Shown here: positions 1-9,049 of the stretch, piece after piece
Layout: each line of letters begins with the position of its first letter
Position numbering within the stretch: the first letter of the stretch is position 1
Virus record (IMG/VR): IMGVR_UViG_3300021060_000007
Span: 3,647-67,646 of that record
Strand: one strand, 5' to 3'
Length of the DNA: 64,000 nt
Origin: a virus
Lineage: Duplodnaviria > Caudoviricetes
Translations under genes and position numbers: made by a program
The notes under the pieces: generated by a model
The model's database searches: none
What the model was told of the DNA's origin: nothing
The model's input: the letters and a program-made list of their open reading frames with translations, nothing else

Positions 1-219
1 GGCTTCGGCGGCGAAGGCGCGGTCACGGGCTGCCATCCATAGACCCCATAGGCGCTCGCATTTCTCGTCCCGCTCGGTGATGAGCGAGGCGAGGGGGCCG
101 GCGATGAGGGCGTCGGCAAGAGTGTTTCCGTCCGCCAGTGTTCCCGGTCTATCGGCCCACTCGCGGAGCCACCTCGCCAGCGCCTCGCGCAGGCCGTTCG
201 GGTCTTCGGGGGCGGTCAT
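1..219 (-). CDS. Phage hypothetical protein, partial (runs off the window)
   Basis: ATG at 219 overlaps the upstream TGA (TGATG coupling); reads MTAPEDPNGLREALARW... open to position 1. Confidence 0.55.
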   Translation of the reverse strand, partial: MTAPEDPNGLREALARWLREWADRPGTLADGNTLADALIAGPLASLITERDEKCERLWGLWMAARDRAFAAEA

Positions 220-473
220 CAGCACCACCCCCGATAGATTGCGTAAATGACCCAAAGATCGCGCTGGTTCGGCGGCCCGAGCCCGACGCCTGCCGAGGCC
301 CACTGGCCGGCGAAGTAGTGGACGCGGATCGTGTGGTAGGTGGCGCGAAACCACCGGATGACCGGCAGGCGGAAGGGCCATGCGGGCTTCGGAGGAAGCA
401 CCCAACCGTTCGCCTCGCCATCCTTCCGCCAAGCGGCGTCATCGTCCATCTGAAGGATTTCGTCCGTCATCAT
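219..473 (-). CDS. Phage hypothetical protein
   Basis: MMTDEILQMDDD...; ATGA coupling with the upstream gene. Confidence 0.6.
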   Translation of the reverse strand: MMTDEILQMDDDAAWRKDGEANGWVLPPKPAWPFRLPVIRWFRATYHTIRVHYFAGQWASAGVGLGPPNQRDLWVIYAIYRGWC

Positions 474-766
474 TCGGCTCCCGGAAGGCGAGCGGGCTGC
501 TGATAGCGGCTGCTCTGGACGCCATGCGGATTGATCTTCGGCCCCGGCACGCCCGTCAGGGCCGCTTCGCCCTTCGCCGTGATGCCGATGCGCAGATCTC
601 CGCGCACCTCGACGTAGCCGGTGGTGATGAGGCGTAGCCACGTGACGGGCTCTAGGCCCATCAGGCGCTCACCGGCCGCGACGACCTTCCCGTGTTTATC
701 GATGACGCCCTCGCCGCCGTTGGCGCTGAGCTTTTTGAGAGCGTGGAGTTGTGCGTCGGTTGCCAT
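470..766 (-). CDS. Phage hypothetical protein
   Basis: 98-aa ORF coupled to neighbours on both sides. Confidence 0.7.
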   Translation of the reverse strand: MATDAQLHALKKLSANGGEGVIDKHGKVVAAGERLMGLEPVTWLRLITTGYVEVRGDLRIGITAKGEAALTGVPGPKINPHGVQSSRYQQPARLPGAE

Positions 767-2391
767 CAGCCCCGCCCTCCGTCAGCGGCCGGTGCGGCGG
801 CGAGAGCGGCTTCAATCCCGCGAAGGGTGTGCTTGGCCCGAACCGCGATCTCATCGCCGCCGACGCGGAACGTCATCGCCCTGGCGACGCGCTCGGCCAG
901 CCCCGCGCCGTCGCTCGCTCCAACTTTGTGATCGTAGTGCAGTCCCTCGATCACTTCGACTTCAATGCAGAAGTCGATTGCCGGGTCTGGATGGTGGTCG
1001 AACCGACCAAGCTCGCCCACCTCGTCTCCTGGCCGTGCCGCTGGGGCGGTGGAGAGGGCGGCGATGCCCTGCATGAGCTTCGCTTTAGCTTCTGCGATCT
1101 TCTGCTCGTAGTGCTCAGGTTCTGCGCCTTCGTTGGCGTCCACCGCCGCGTTGTGTTCGGCCGCGCCGTAGTTATGGATCAACTGTTCGAGCGTCAGGCC
1201 GTCTAGCACCACTCCTGCCGGCGTCTCGGCCTTGGGCGGTTGGGGGGCGAGGCTCCTATCCACAAGGGCGAAGTCACCCCTGCGCCAGCCGTTCACGAGG
1301 TTGGCGATCAAGAGCGCATTCGCATTTGCGCGGGGGCCACATCCGGTGAGCGCCGGACACGACCCGGAAGCGTTCAGCATGACCATGTGAGAGCCAAGGT
1401 TCTCTGTCTCTCGCACAAGGCGGAGTGCTTCTTCCTTGGCCTCGTCGTAGTCGGCCACCGGCTCGGAATAGATGGTCCATTCCCCTGGGGACGCGGCATC
1501 GCTTAGGGCATTCCATGCCGCTGTGGCCGCCTCCCGCACCCCCGTCTCGTCTTCACCCGCCGGGGCGGGTTGGGCGAGCAGAAGACAGCCGACAGCCTTC
1601 ACTACATCATCCTGCCAGTGCTTCGCTTTCCACAGAGGGTCGGCGAATAGGCTGCGGAACCAGTCGATAACGAACAGGTCAGTCCCCACCCCGGCATCCG
1701 GCGTCTTGGGGTCTGCCGGGGACGTGGTGGAGGCGAGGACGGCGAGGATCGCGGGCAGATTATCGCGCGCCACATGGCCGAGTGCCGAGATCGGATTGCC
1801 GCTTATACAAGCCGTCACCAACGCCTCCCGCAGGCTGGCATGGTCTTCCACCCCCGCCGCGACCGGCCCTTGTACGGCGGGTTGCTGGCTGGCGAGGGCA
1901 GTGACGGCCATAAGCACGTCCCGCTGCCAGTGAGGGACGTTCCAGAGTGGTACGGCGAAGAGATCGCGGAACCAGCCAACCGTGAACGGCTCCACGCCGA
2001 CTCCGGCCGCCGGTCCCTTGCCGGGCTCGCTGACGGCAGTAGCGGCGAAAAGAGCACGGCGCATGTCGCACCGAGCACTCTTCTCGTACTGCTTGGTCCG
2101 CTTCGGGACACGCCAATCCTGCGATCCGTAGAATGCGGTTAGAGCGGCGGCTTCCATCTCTGCCGTGACCGCCTCCCGCAGGCCCGCCACCTCTCCCTCA
2201 GGTGAGTTGAAGAGGAGCGCGGCAGACAACTCCTGAGACGCGGCGCGTGCGTAATCCCTTGCGACGAACACGACACCGCGAAGGAACTGCGCATCCTCCA
2301 GCTTGTGCTTCGGGATGTCCGTCACGTTCTCGATCACGTCCAGCGCATCCGCGAGCTTCTGGCCGGCTTCGGAAAGAATTTGGGTGGTCAT
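766..2391 (-). CDS. Modular phage early protein (541 aa) with an internal duplicated domain
   Basis: Long ORF; repeated segment WFRDLFAVPLW..HWQRDV / WFRSLFADPLW..HWQDDV. Confidence 0.75.
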   Translation of the reverse strand: MTTQILSEAGQKLADALDVIENVTDIPKHKLEDAQFLRGVVFVARDYARAASQELSAALLFNSPEGEVAGLREAVTAEMEAAALTAFYGSQDWRVPKRTKQYEKSARCDMRRALFAATAVSEPGKGPAAGVGVEPFTVGWFRDLFAVPLWNVPHWQRDVLMAVTALASQQPAVQGPVAAGVEDHASLREALVTACISGNPISALGHVARDNLPAILAVLASTTSPADPKTPDAGVGTDLFVIDWFRSLFADPLWKAKHWQDDVVKAVGCLLLAQPAPAGEDETGVREAATAAWNALSDAASPGEWTIYSEPVADYDEAKEEALRLVRETENLGSHMVMLNASGSCPALTGCGPRANANALLIANLVNGWRRGDFALVDRSLAPQPPKAETPAGVVLDGLTLEQLIHNYGAAEHNAAVDANEGAEPEHYEQKIAEAKAKLMQGIAALSTAPAARPGDEVGELGRFDHHPDPAIDFCIEVEVIEGLHYDHKVGASDGAGLAERVARAMTFRVGGDEIAVRAKHTLRGIEAALAAAPAADGGRG

Positions 2392-2771
2392 GCGCGGGCC
2401 TCCGAAGAAGATGCAGACTTCAGCCGGGCGGCGTGAGCCGTGAACCTGCGGCTGCGTGAATCCAGCCCGAGCGCGATGAGCCGTGAACTGGTCGTCCCGA
2501 CCGAGCGATGGATCCGGCGCGACAGCACCTTGAGCGACGTGACGCCTTCGACGGTGACGGCGTGGGTCAGCACCTCGTTGATCGCGAGGCTCGAAGCGGC
2601 TTGGCGCCCTTGGCGATGCAGCCCGCGCCGATGCAGCGACACGGTCACCATGAGCGACCCGGCCGGGCGGTCCATCCGCTCCGAGACTTCAGCCCATGTG
2701 AGACCGTCGTTCTTCAGGGCGATCGCGCGCTCAATCTCGCGCGTGGTGTAGGGCGTGAAGGGCGCGGGCAT
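2388..2771 (-). CDS. Putative HTH DNA-binding protein
   Basis: LTWAEVSERMDRPAGSL HTH-like segment; coupled to neighbours. Confidence 0.6.
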   Translation of the reverse strand: MPAPFTPYTTREIERAIALKNDGLTWAEVSERMDRPAGSLMVTVSLHRRGLHRQGRQAASSLAINEVLTHAVTVEGVTSLKVLSRRIHRSVGTTSSRLIALGLDSRSRRFTAHAARLKSASSSEARA

Positions 2772-3244
2772 CAGCAGGCCTCCCGAATAGCGGGAACGGG
2801 CGCGTCGGCTTGATCCTGGTACTTCCCGTCGTATCGCCGCTCCGCAGGCGCCTCCATCCGATGAAAGACGATCTGCGCGATGGGGTCGCCAGCGCTGATC
2901 TCGACGATCAGATCACCATGGTTCGTTACCTCCAGCGTGAGGTACCCGCGCCAGCCCGGCTCGATCACGGTGTTCTGGACGGCGATGCCGCGGCGCGCCC
3001 AGGTGCTCTTGTCGTGCACGAAGGCGATCACGTCGTCGGGCATCCAGAAGTGCTCGACGGTCGACAGCAGGATGAACTGTCCCGGCGAGAGAATGATGCC
3101 CTGCTTGGTGCGGACGTCGTAGCCGGCCGAAGACAGGCCGAACGACATGCCGTTCTGGACGGTCCGCTCGTAGAAAGGGACCACCACCGGCCGATCGTTG
3201 GGCGCCAGGTCGCGGATCATGAAATCGGGAAGGATGCCCATCAC
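2771..3244 (-). CDS. dcd: dCTP deaminase / dUTPase-like protein
   Basis: SFGLSSAGYDVR, DKSTWARRG, IEPGWRGYLTLE, YDGKYQDQ motifs. Confidence 0.9.
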   Translation of the reverse strand: MMGILPDFMIRDLAPNDRPVVVPFYERTVQNGMSFGLSSAGYDVRTKQGIILSPGQFILLSTVEHFWMPDDVIAFVHDKSTWARRGIAVQNTVIEPGWRGYLTLEVTNHGDLIVEISAGDPIAQIVFHRMEAPAERRYDGKYQDQADAPVPAIREAC

Positions 3245-4197
3245 GCGTCCTCCCGTTTCGCGTGCTCGGTGCCGACCGCAAATCCGGCGTCGTAGTTCGC
3301 CAGCCGGGCCGCATCGCCCTTGATCTCGGCGGTCAGACCCTTGCGGATGCCGCGCATGCCGCCCTCGTAGCCGAGCGCGTAGTCGGGGCTGTCCGTGTCG
3401 ATGGTGGGGGCGGCGCCGTGATCCTCAACGCCCTCGTCAGCTGCATCTACCGGCCCAGCGTCCGGTGCCTCGTCAATGACGGCATCCCGCTCGGGCTCGA
3501 CCTCGACCTGACGCGGCCGCGCGGCCAGAGAGTCCAGCCGGGCGTCGAGGCCCCGGGCCGGGGTGACGTCCCGGGCCGTCTCAGCGCCGCGCGGGGCGGG
3601 CTCGAGCTCGTCGTCCGCGTAGACGCCGAGGAGCACGTCGGGGAAATGCCGACGGCAGAGGGCGCGACCGGAGTAGTAGGCGTGCTGCTGATCGGGGTCG
3701 GACTTCCAGAGCGGGGAGTTCTTCGGCGTGATCCGGCTGAACTCGGGCGAGACGTACTCGACGATCTCGTCCGGGTCCTCGGCGAGGCGGGCCCAGGCGC
3801 GGCAGACCCGCTTGTCTCCGGTGCCGGTGTATTCGAACTTGATCCGCCCTTTGATCGGCGCGCGCTTCAGGATCACCGCCTGGACGAGCTGCGATTCGAA
3901 CGCGATCTGGTCGTTGACGAAGTAGCTCTTGTTCGCGACGGCGTAGGGGGACATGCCCCACTCGACGGCCTGCGTGCAGATGGCGAGGCAGGCGCCGACG
4001 TCGCCGCGCAGGTGCTTGCGGATGCCGCCCTTGGCAATCGCCATGTAGCGGGCGAACTCCATCATCTGGCTCATGTTGTGGAAGGCGAGGCCGCCAGCGG
4101 CGGCGGACACCGTCACGTCGTGGGCGGCGGCCGGGTCAATCCGCTCCGCGATGCGGCGCTCGGTATCGGTCAGGGCGAGGGCGTTACCGTTGCTCAT
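3241..4197 (-). CDS. recT: RecT-family single-strand annealing protein
   Basis: CLAICTQAVEWGMSPYAVANKSYFVN..IAFESQL, SPLWKSDPDQQ..Y; adjacent to exonuclease. Confidence 0.8.
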   Translation of the reverse strand: MSNGNALALTDTERRIAERIDPAAAHDVTVSAAAGGLAFHNMSQMMEFARYMAIAKGGIRKHLRGDVGACLAICTQAVEWGMSPYAVANKSYFVNDQIAFESQLVQAVILKRAPIKGRIKFEYTGTGDKRVCRAWARLAEDPDEIVEYVSPEFSRITPKNSPLWKSDPDQQHAYYSGRALCRRHFPDVLLGVYADDELEPAPRGAETARDVTPARGLDARLDSLAARPRQVEVEPERDAVIDEAPDAGPVDAADEGVEDHGAAPTIDTDSPDYALGYEGGMRGIRKGLTAEIKGDAARLANYDAGFAVGTEHAKREDA

Positions 4198-4697
4198 TAG
4201 GCGGCGGTCCTTTTAGTTCTGCGCTGGTTGGAATTCTGCTCAGACCGGGTCGCCCAACGGCAGTTGCCCGGCTCGTAGCCGCCATCGTTGTCGATGCGGT
4301 CGATGGTGTGCTGGGGAGTCGGCTTGCGCCCCATGTCGGCGAGAAAAGCCGCGTAGCTGTCCCGCCACTCGGCGCAGACTTTGATCCCGCGCCCGCCATA
4401 GTCGCCGTACTGCTCGTGCGATGGCCGCTCACACCGATTGATCATCGCGTTCCACGAGGACCATTCAGGCGTCTTGTGGCCCTCTCCGTGCGTCCGGGTC
4501 GCATCGCCGAGGCGCTCCCGCATGAGGCAGCCGCAGCTCTGCGTGTGACCTCGGCGCAGGTTATTCCCGATCGCGACCGTTTCGCCCCCACACGAGCATG
4601 CGCATCGCCACCTGATCTGCGTGCGGTACCGGCCCGCCTGACCGATGACGGTGAGGCGTCCGATGACGCGCCCGGTCATGTCCACTGCCCGGCTCAT
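4197..4697 (-). CDS. HNH endonuclease (homing-type, Cys-rich N-terminus)
   Basis: WRCACSCG..SCGC; YGGRGIKVCAEW; TIDRIDNDGGYEPGNCRWAT..Q..N. Confidence 0.9.
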   Translation of the reverse strand: MSRAVDMTGRVIGRLTVIGQAGRYRTQIRWRCACSCGGETVAIGNNLRRGHTQSCGCLMRERLGDATRTHGEGHKTPEWSSWNAMINRCERPSHEQYGDYGGRGIKVCAEWRDSYAAFLADMGRKPTPQHTIDRIDNDGGYEPGNCRWATRSEQNSNQRRTKRTAA

Positions 4698-5641
4698 GCT
4701 GCTTTGGCTTTCTTCGGGGCGCGGACGCGGAGGACGGCGAAGGTCGTCGCCTTGGCGAGGTATTCGCCGCGGCGGGTGATGGTCCGGGTGATCTCCCGGC
4801 CGTCGGCGAGGCGGGCGCAGGTCGCGCCGGCCAGCTTCTCGGTGAGTTCGGCCTTGATCTCGGACAGGCGGGCCTCGTCGGCTTTCACCCGGGCCTTGGC
4901 CTCGTCCATCTCGTCGAGCAGGGCCGGCGCGCGGTTGTCGGCGCTCCAGTCCAGGGCCTGGGCCATCTCGTCCGGCGGCCAGAGATCGGCGATCGTGTCG
5001 CCGTCGCGGGCATAGTCGGCGGCCGGCGGCTCGTTGCGCTCGACTCGACCCCAGAACTCGGCGACCTCGTCAACGAGACGGGACCAGATGCCGGCGTGCA
5101 GCGGGATGTCGATGACGTGGAGTTCCAGGCCATGGCCGACGACCAACAGGGCGACGCAGGCCCAGGTGGCGCCGGTCAGCTTCGCCTCGACGATGGCCTG
5201 CACGGCGATCCAGACCGGCAGGTTGACCGTACCGTCCTCGTCCTTCCATTTCTTGCGGAAGACCATGTCCGAGGTCGTCTTCACCTGAACCACGCCGCGG
5301 CCGGCGCGGGCTGGGTCGACGGCATAGGCATCCGGTGTGCAGCCGATGCGCAGGGCCGGCGCGCGCAGGTAGACGTCGTTCGCCGGCTCGACCCGCCAGT
5401 CAGGGCGTTCCTCGGCCAGGATCTCGAGCGCGTCGTCTTCGAGCAGACGGCCCCGGCGCATGGCCGGCGTCTCGGCCGGATCCTCGGCAAGCAGCCCGGA
5501 CTTCAGCGCCCAGAGTTCGAATGCCGTGGTGTACTCGTGGACACCGAGGACGGCGCCGGCGACCGAGGCGGTGACGTCCTTGGAGCGCGAGGCGAGCCAC
5601 GCTTCCTTCGTGGTGAAGGGGATACGCTCGACCTGCATCAA
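4694..5641 (-). CDS. YqaJ/lambda-exonuclease-like recombination nuclease
   Basis: WLASRSKDVTAS, MRRGRLLED, IGCTPDA, VQVKT PD-(D/E)XK-type motifs. Confidence 0.9.
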   Translation of the reverse strand: MMQVERIPFTTKEAWLASRSKDVTASVAGAVLGVHEYTTAFELWALKSGLLAEDPAETPAMRRGRLLEDDALEILAEERPDWRVEPANDVYLRAPALRIGCTPDAYAVDPARAGRGVVQVKTTSDMVFRKKWKDEDGTVNLPVWIAVQAIVEAKLTGATWACVALLVVGHGLELHVIDIPLHAGIWSRLVDEVAEFWGRVERNEPPAADYARDGDTIADLWPPDEMAQALDWSADNRAPALLDEMDEAKARVKADEARLSEIKAELTEKLAGATCARLADGREITRTITRRGEYLAKATTFAVLRVRAPKKAKAA

Positions 5642-5922
5642 TGCCTCCTCTCAGGCATCCAGTCCGGCCGGTACCGACCACACAGCGCGCTGCGCCCGAC
5701 GCGCTCGGCGGCGAAGGCCAGACGCGCCACCTCGTTGCGGACGGCGTCGTAGTCGTTTGGGGCGCTGCCCAACCTGACCTTCCGGTCGATGAAGGCGTCC
5801 GCGATCTTGCGGGCGAGGCCTTCGTCGGTCTGGATCTCGAGGAGGCCCACACCGCGGTCGATGAGCCACTGCGCCGTCTCGGCGGCGCTCACGGGCTTGG
5901 GGCGAGTCGCAGCGCGGGTCAT
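5638..5922 (-). CDS. Phage hypothetical protein
   Basis: MTRAATRPKP... start couples with the upstream stop. Confidence 0.6.
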   Translation of the reverse strand: MTRAATRPKPVSAAETAQWLIDRGVGLLEIQTDEGLARKIADAFIDRKVRLGSAPNDYDAVRNEVARLAFAAERVGRSALCGRYRPDWMPERRH

Positions 5923-6203
5923 TGCACCACCTCGTGCACCGAGTGGCTGACGGCCGGCCGCATCGCCTGCTGGCGGATCGCGGTGGCGTCGTGAATGTCC
6001 CAGGCCAGCTTCTTCACGCCCGACAAGCCGGTCGGGCCGAGCGCGGTGGTGATCGCGGTATTCACCCGCGTCCACTCGTTCTGGATGATGTGATCGGCGC
6101 CGGCGATCAGCAGAGCGTAGATCACCGCCAGCGAACGCCGGGTGGCCCGGCCGCTCTCGGCCTCGGTGAGGAACAGCGTGAGGATGGGGTGCTCGTGGCT
6201 CAT
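5919..6203 (-). CDS. Phage hypothetical protein
   Basis: MSHEHPILTLF... ATGA coupling. Confidence 0.6.
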   Translation of the reverse strand: MSHEHPILTLFLTEAESGRATRRSLAVIYALLIAGADHIIQNEWTRVNTAITTALGPTGLSGVKKLAWDIHDATAIRQQAMRPAVSHSVHEVVQ

Positions 6204-6415
6204 GCCGCCACCCCCAACCAAAGCACGACCGCCGGGATGCCGGTCAGGATGCCGGAGCCGAGCGCCAGCAGGGCCATTGACGTGACGTCGGGCTTGTTGT
6301 CGTTCGCGCCGACGGAGCGGGCCATGTCGTCCCGCAGGAGCGGCCAGAACACGACGGAGATGGCCGACGCCACGACGATGAAGCCGAGGCCGATAAGGAG
6401 GGCGGGGGAGGGCAT
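6200..6415 (-). CDS. Small two-TM membrane protein
   Basis: Two hydrophobic stretches; coupled in operon. Confidence 0.6.
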   Translation of the reverse strand: MPSPALLIGLGFIVVASAISVVFWPLLRDDMARSVGANDNKPDVTSMALLALGSGILTGIPAVVLWLGVAA

Positions 6416-6657
6416 CAGGCAGCCTCGCGCATATCGGAGGGCAGAGAGGCCAAGGCCGCCTCAAGGCGCGCGGTCAGCTCGCGCAGGTTCCCGACCTCGT
6501 CCCGGACGTGGGTCAGCATCTGCGGCGTGGCGTACGTCGCAGCGGCAAGGTTCCGCTCAATGAACGAGACGGCGGACCGCGCGGCGTTGATGGCGTGTGT
6601 CAGGCTGTGCGAGGCGGCCAGAACCTGGCCGAAGGCGAGGTGGGACTCGGCGACCAT
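6415..6657 (-). CDS. Phage hypothetical protein
   Basis: MVAESHLAFGQ...; TGATG coupling. Confidence 0.55.
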   Translation of the reverse strand: MVAESHLAFGQVLAASHSLTHAINAARSAVSFIERNLAAATYATPQMLTHVRDEVGNLRELTARLEAALASLPSDMREAA

Positions 6658-7085
6658 CAGAACCTCCCGCCGAGCAGCTCGACGTAGCCCAGGCGGTGCT
6701 CGTCGTTGTCGTCGTGACCGGTGCCGCAGACGATCCGGTCGAAAGCGCCGCGCAGGGCCTCGCCGAGCCCCTCGCACGTCTCCGCGTCGTATTCCTCGCG
6801 CTCCAGCAGGACCTCACGGAGCCGGGCGACCTGCACCTGGGCGAGGCTCAGCTGGGACACCGCGTTGCGCAGCGTATGCTCCGTGACCGGCGAGAGACCG
6901 ACCCGGCCAATGCTCTTCTCAGCGAGGCGACCGATCAGGCCGTCGACGACGCGTTCGCAGCGAGCGACTTCAGCGGTGGCGATGCGAAGGGCGGCCATCC
7001 GGTCGGCGCGGCGAGATTCGACCGTGGGCCGCGGCGGCGGGGCTGATTGAGGGAAGGAGTGAATGTTGGGCACGGAGGGCTCCAT
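6657..7085 (-). CDS. First gene of the early-left operon, hypothetical
   Basis: 142-aa ORF just downstream of the PL-like promoter. Confidence 0.65.
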   Translation of the reverse strand: MEPSVPNIHSFPQSAPPPRPTVESRRADRMAALRIATAEVARCERVVDGLIGRLAEKSIGRVGLSPVTEHTLRNAVSQLSLAQVQVARLREVLLEREEYDAETCEGLGEALRGAFDRIVCGTGHDDNDEHRLGYVELLGGRF

Positions 7086-7110
7086 CGGCTCGATGAGCGG
7101 CGATGGAGGT

Positions 7111-7162
7111 ATATTGTTGCGGTACTACTACCGCGTCAAGCCCGACACGGTAGAAAAACCGC
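7111..7162 (-). promoter_or_regulatory. PL-like promoter (TTGACG-N17-CAATAT) with operators OL1 (7119-7134) and OL2 (7147-7162)
   Basis: Perfect inverted arms GCGGTA-CTAC-TACCGC between the -35 and -10 boxes; second site ACGGTA-GAAA-AACCGC. Confidence 0.8.
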
Positions 7163-7279
7163 GTTTACAAATCCGAGCAAGTGATTCCCATTGACGGATC
7201 CGCAACACGAACCGCTGCCGGTTGACTCCCGCCTAAAAAGCGAACGGAATAGGAACATCGTCAGGGGGAGCGGTAGGAC

Positions 7280-7516
7280 GTGCAGCCCAATGGTAATGTC
7301 GCGCCAGAGAATCAGCCCTACACTTTACGCGTTCGGTGCCTGTCGTGCGCGGGGGAGACGTACCCAGTGATTATCGTTTGTGCGTCACTGAGGGCGCCTG
7401 CTGAAGTTGATCGCGCAGTCCGATACAAAGCAAACCAGACGGCCTTTCGTTGTCCTACATGCGCTGGCGAACGCTCGAGAGTTGTAGCCTACTTTTCGAG
7501 CGGCCGTCTGTTATGA
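7280..7516 (+). CDS. Small Zn-ribbon protein
   Basis: CLSC...CPTC pair; GTG start after GGGGAG. Confidence 0.5.
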   Translation: MQPNGNVAPENQPYTLRVRCLSCAGETYPVIIVCASLRAPAEVDRAVRYKANQTAFRCPTCAGERSRVVAYFSSGRLL

Positions 7517-7529
7517 CCAAGGGGGATCC

Positions 7530-7721
7530 GTGATTAGCAAGGAAGACAAGAGCGAACTTACGTCTCATTTTCAGTCGGAGGTGACGGAAGAGATGCTTCA
7601 GGCTGGCGCTCAAATTCTAGAGGATGCGAACCCAGATGGGATGCAGACGCTGCGTGCGCGGCAGATTGCTCTTTCCGTTTTTGCTGCGATGCGGAGCGCG
7701 CAGCGCATAGACCATCTGTAA
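7530..7721 (+). CDS. Small hypothetical protein
   Basis: 63-aa ORF with GGGGGA RBS; overlaps the 3' end of the HEPN gene in antisense. Confidence 0.4.
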   Translation: MISKEDKSELTSHFQSEVTEEMLQAGAQILEDANPDGMQTLRARQIALSVFAAMRSAQRIDHL

Positions 7722-8259
7722 TATGAAACAGCTTAACTCGATAATCTCGAAAATGGTTCGATAGCAATTTTATCTGATCTGATGTATATAAATACTTTTG
7801 CTTATAATCTCGGAGAGCGGTCTTATTCGTGTTGTAAATCGGTGGTCCGAGGTAGTACCCACTAGCTTCCGATCCATAGTGTTGACTAATCAAACCGTGC
7901 GCAATTTCATTCCTACGCGACGCTAGGCGTCCAACTTCATCCAGAAACTTAGTAATCTTTTTAAGGTCTTGATCGTGGACCAGGCAGAATACTTCTGCAG
8001 CCGCCATCAGCATATCCCGCCGAGTACTATGGCCGACTACTGCGCCATAAGCACGCTCGGCCGCAACCGTGTTGGAATCGCACAGAACACTAAACAGGTG
8101 TCCAAGGTGCATTTCCAGCGCCTCCCAAGAACTTAAAGCAAGACCCACACTTTGCAGCAATTCATCAGGACTCGTGTCGCCCCGCATCATTTGAGGCGGA
8201 ACATCCCATGGATTGCTTGAGGTAGGCTTAGAGTGATTTTGGGGCGGTCTTGATGCCAT
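7558..8259 (-). CDS. HEPN-motif protein (putative RNase), downstream of cI
   Basis: RRNEIAHG = R-x4-H HEPN motif in a helical context; AT-richer than flanks. Confidence 0.7.
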   Translation of the reverse strand: MASRPPQNHSKPTSSNPWDVPPQMMRGDTSPDELLQSVGLALSSWEALEMHLGHLFSVLCDSNTVAAERAYGAVVGHSTRRDMLMAAAEVFCLVHDQDLKKITKFLDEVGRLASRRNEIAHGLISQHYGSEASGYYLGPPIYNTNKTALRDYKQKYLYTSDQIKLLSNHFRDYRVKLFHITDGLCAARSASQQKRKEQSAAHAASASHLGSHPLEFERQPEASLPSPPTENET

Positions 8260-8271
8260 TGGCTTAACTGC

Positions 8272-9048
8272 TCAAAGACGATTGAGTATGCTACGCGCCC
8301 ACGCAAGAATGGTCACTTCACGACCATCCTCGGGCTTCATATCGTGAGGAATGATGATCGGCTTGTATTTCGCCAGCGTTGAGCGCGGGTGGAACTCATA
8401 TCGGTCCTCATAGACCTCCAATTGCTTCACGGAGCGTTCGATTAGGAGCCCCCCGTTGAGCGATTGCTGGACGATAACCACCATGCCGCTGTGCAGAGCG
8501 ACACGATTCTTGAGCCCTTCAAAATCCAGCGCGACAACCCTGTCGCCTTTTAAGATTGGACGTGGTTTGAGATCGTTCATTGAGTCGCCGCGAACGTCGA
8601 ATGCGAGCTGGCGCACATGCGGAAACTCGGGATCCGCGGGCTGATAGATCTCTTCCGGCTCCAGGTCGGTGAAGTCAGAAACTTCCCGGAAGGTGCCGGC
8701 CTCGACTAAGCCCGCGTAGACCACCGCAATGATAGGCTGCCTCGACGAAGCAACCTCGATCTCACCCGATGGCATCGGTGATGTCTCCGGCACTGCGGAA
8801 GAGCCCGCCTCTGCGTCCGTGGCCTCCGGTCCGGCCCCTGCGAACAGCCAGACCGCCGTCGTCTTAAGGACGGGTGCAAGCGCGTTTAGGGTGGCGGTGC
8901 TGACCCCTGTCCGCTCGTCCTTCTCCAGGGCTCTTCGGAGATTGCGGATCGCATCCGGTTTGCCGGCCAGTTTTCCAGCGGCGCTTTCGGAAAGATCGAG
9001 TGCTTCAAGGCGCTTCTCGATGCGGGCAAGGATCGCAGGCAGTTCCAT
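8272..9048 (-). CDS. CI-like repressor (N-terminal HTH plus S24 peptidase)
   Basis: LSESAAGKLAGKPDAIRNL HTH; VRGDSMND catalytic Ser and SVKQL Lys; ATG at 9048. Confidence 0.9.
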   Translation of the reverse strand: MELPAILARIEKRLEALDLSESAAGKLAGKPDAIRNLRRALEKDERTGVSTATLNALAPVLKTTAVWLFAGAGPEATDAEAGSSAVPETSPMPSGEIEVASSRQPIIAVVYAGLVEAGTFREVSDFTDLEPEEIYQPADPEFPHVRQLAFDVRGDSMNDLKPRPILKGDRVVALDFEGLKNRVALHSGMVVIVQQSLNGGLLIERSVKQLEVYEDRYEFHPRSTLAKYKPIIIPHDMKPEDGREVTILAWARSILNRL

Positions 9049-9049
9049 A

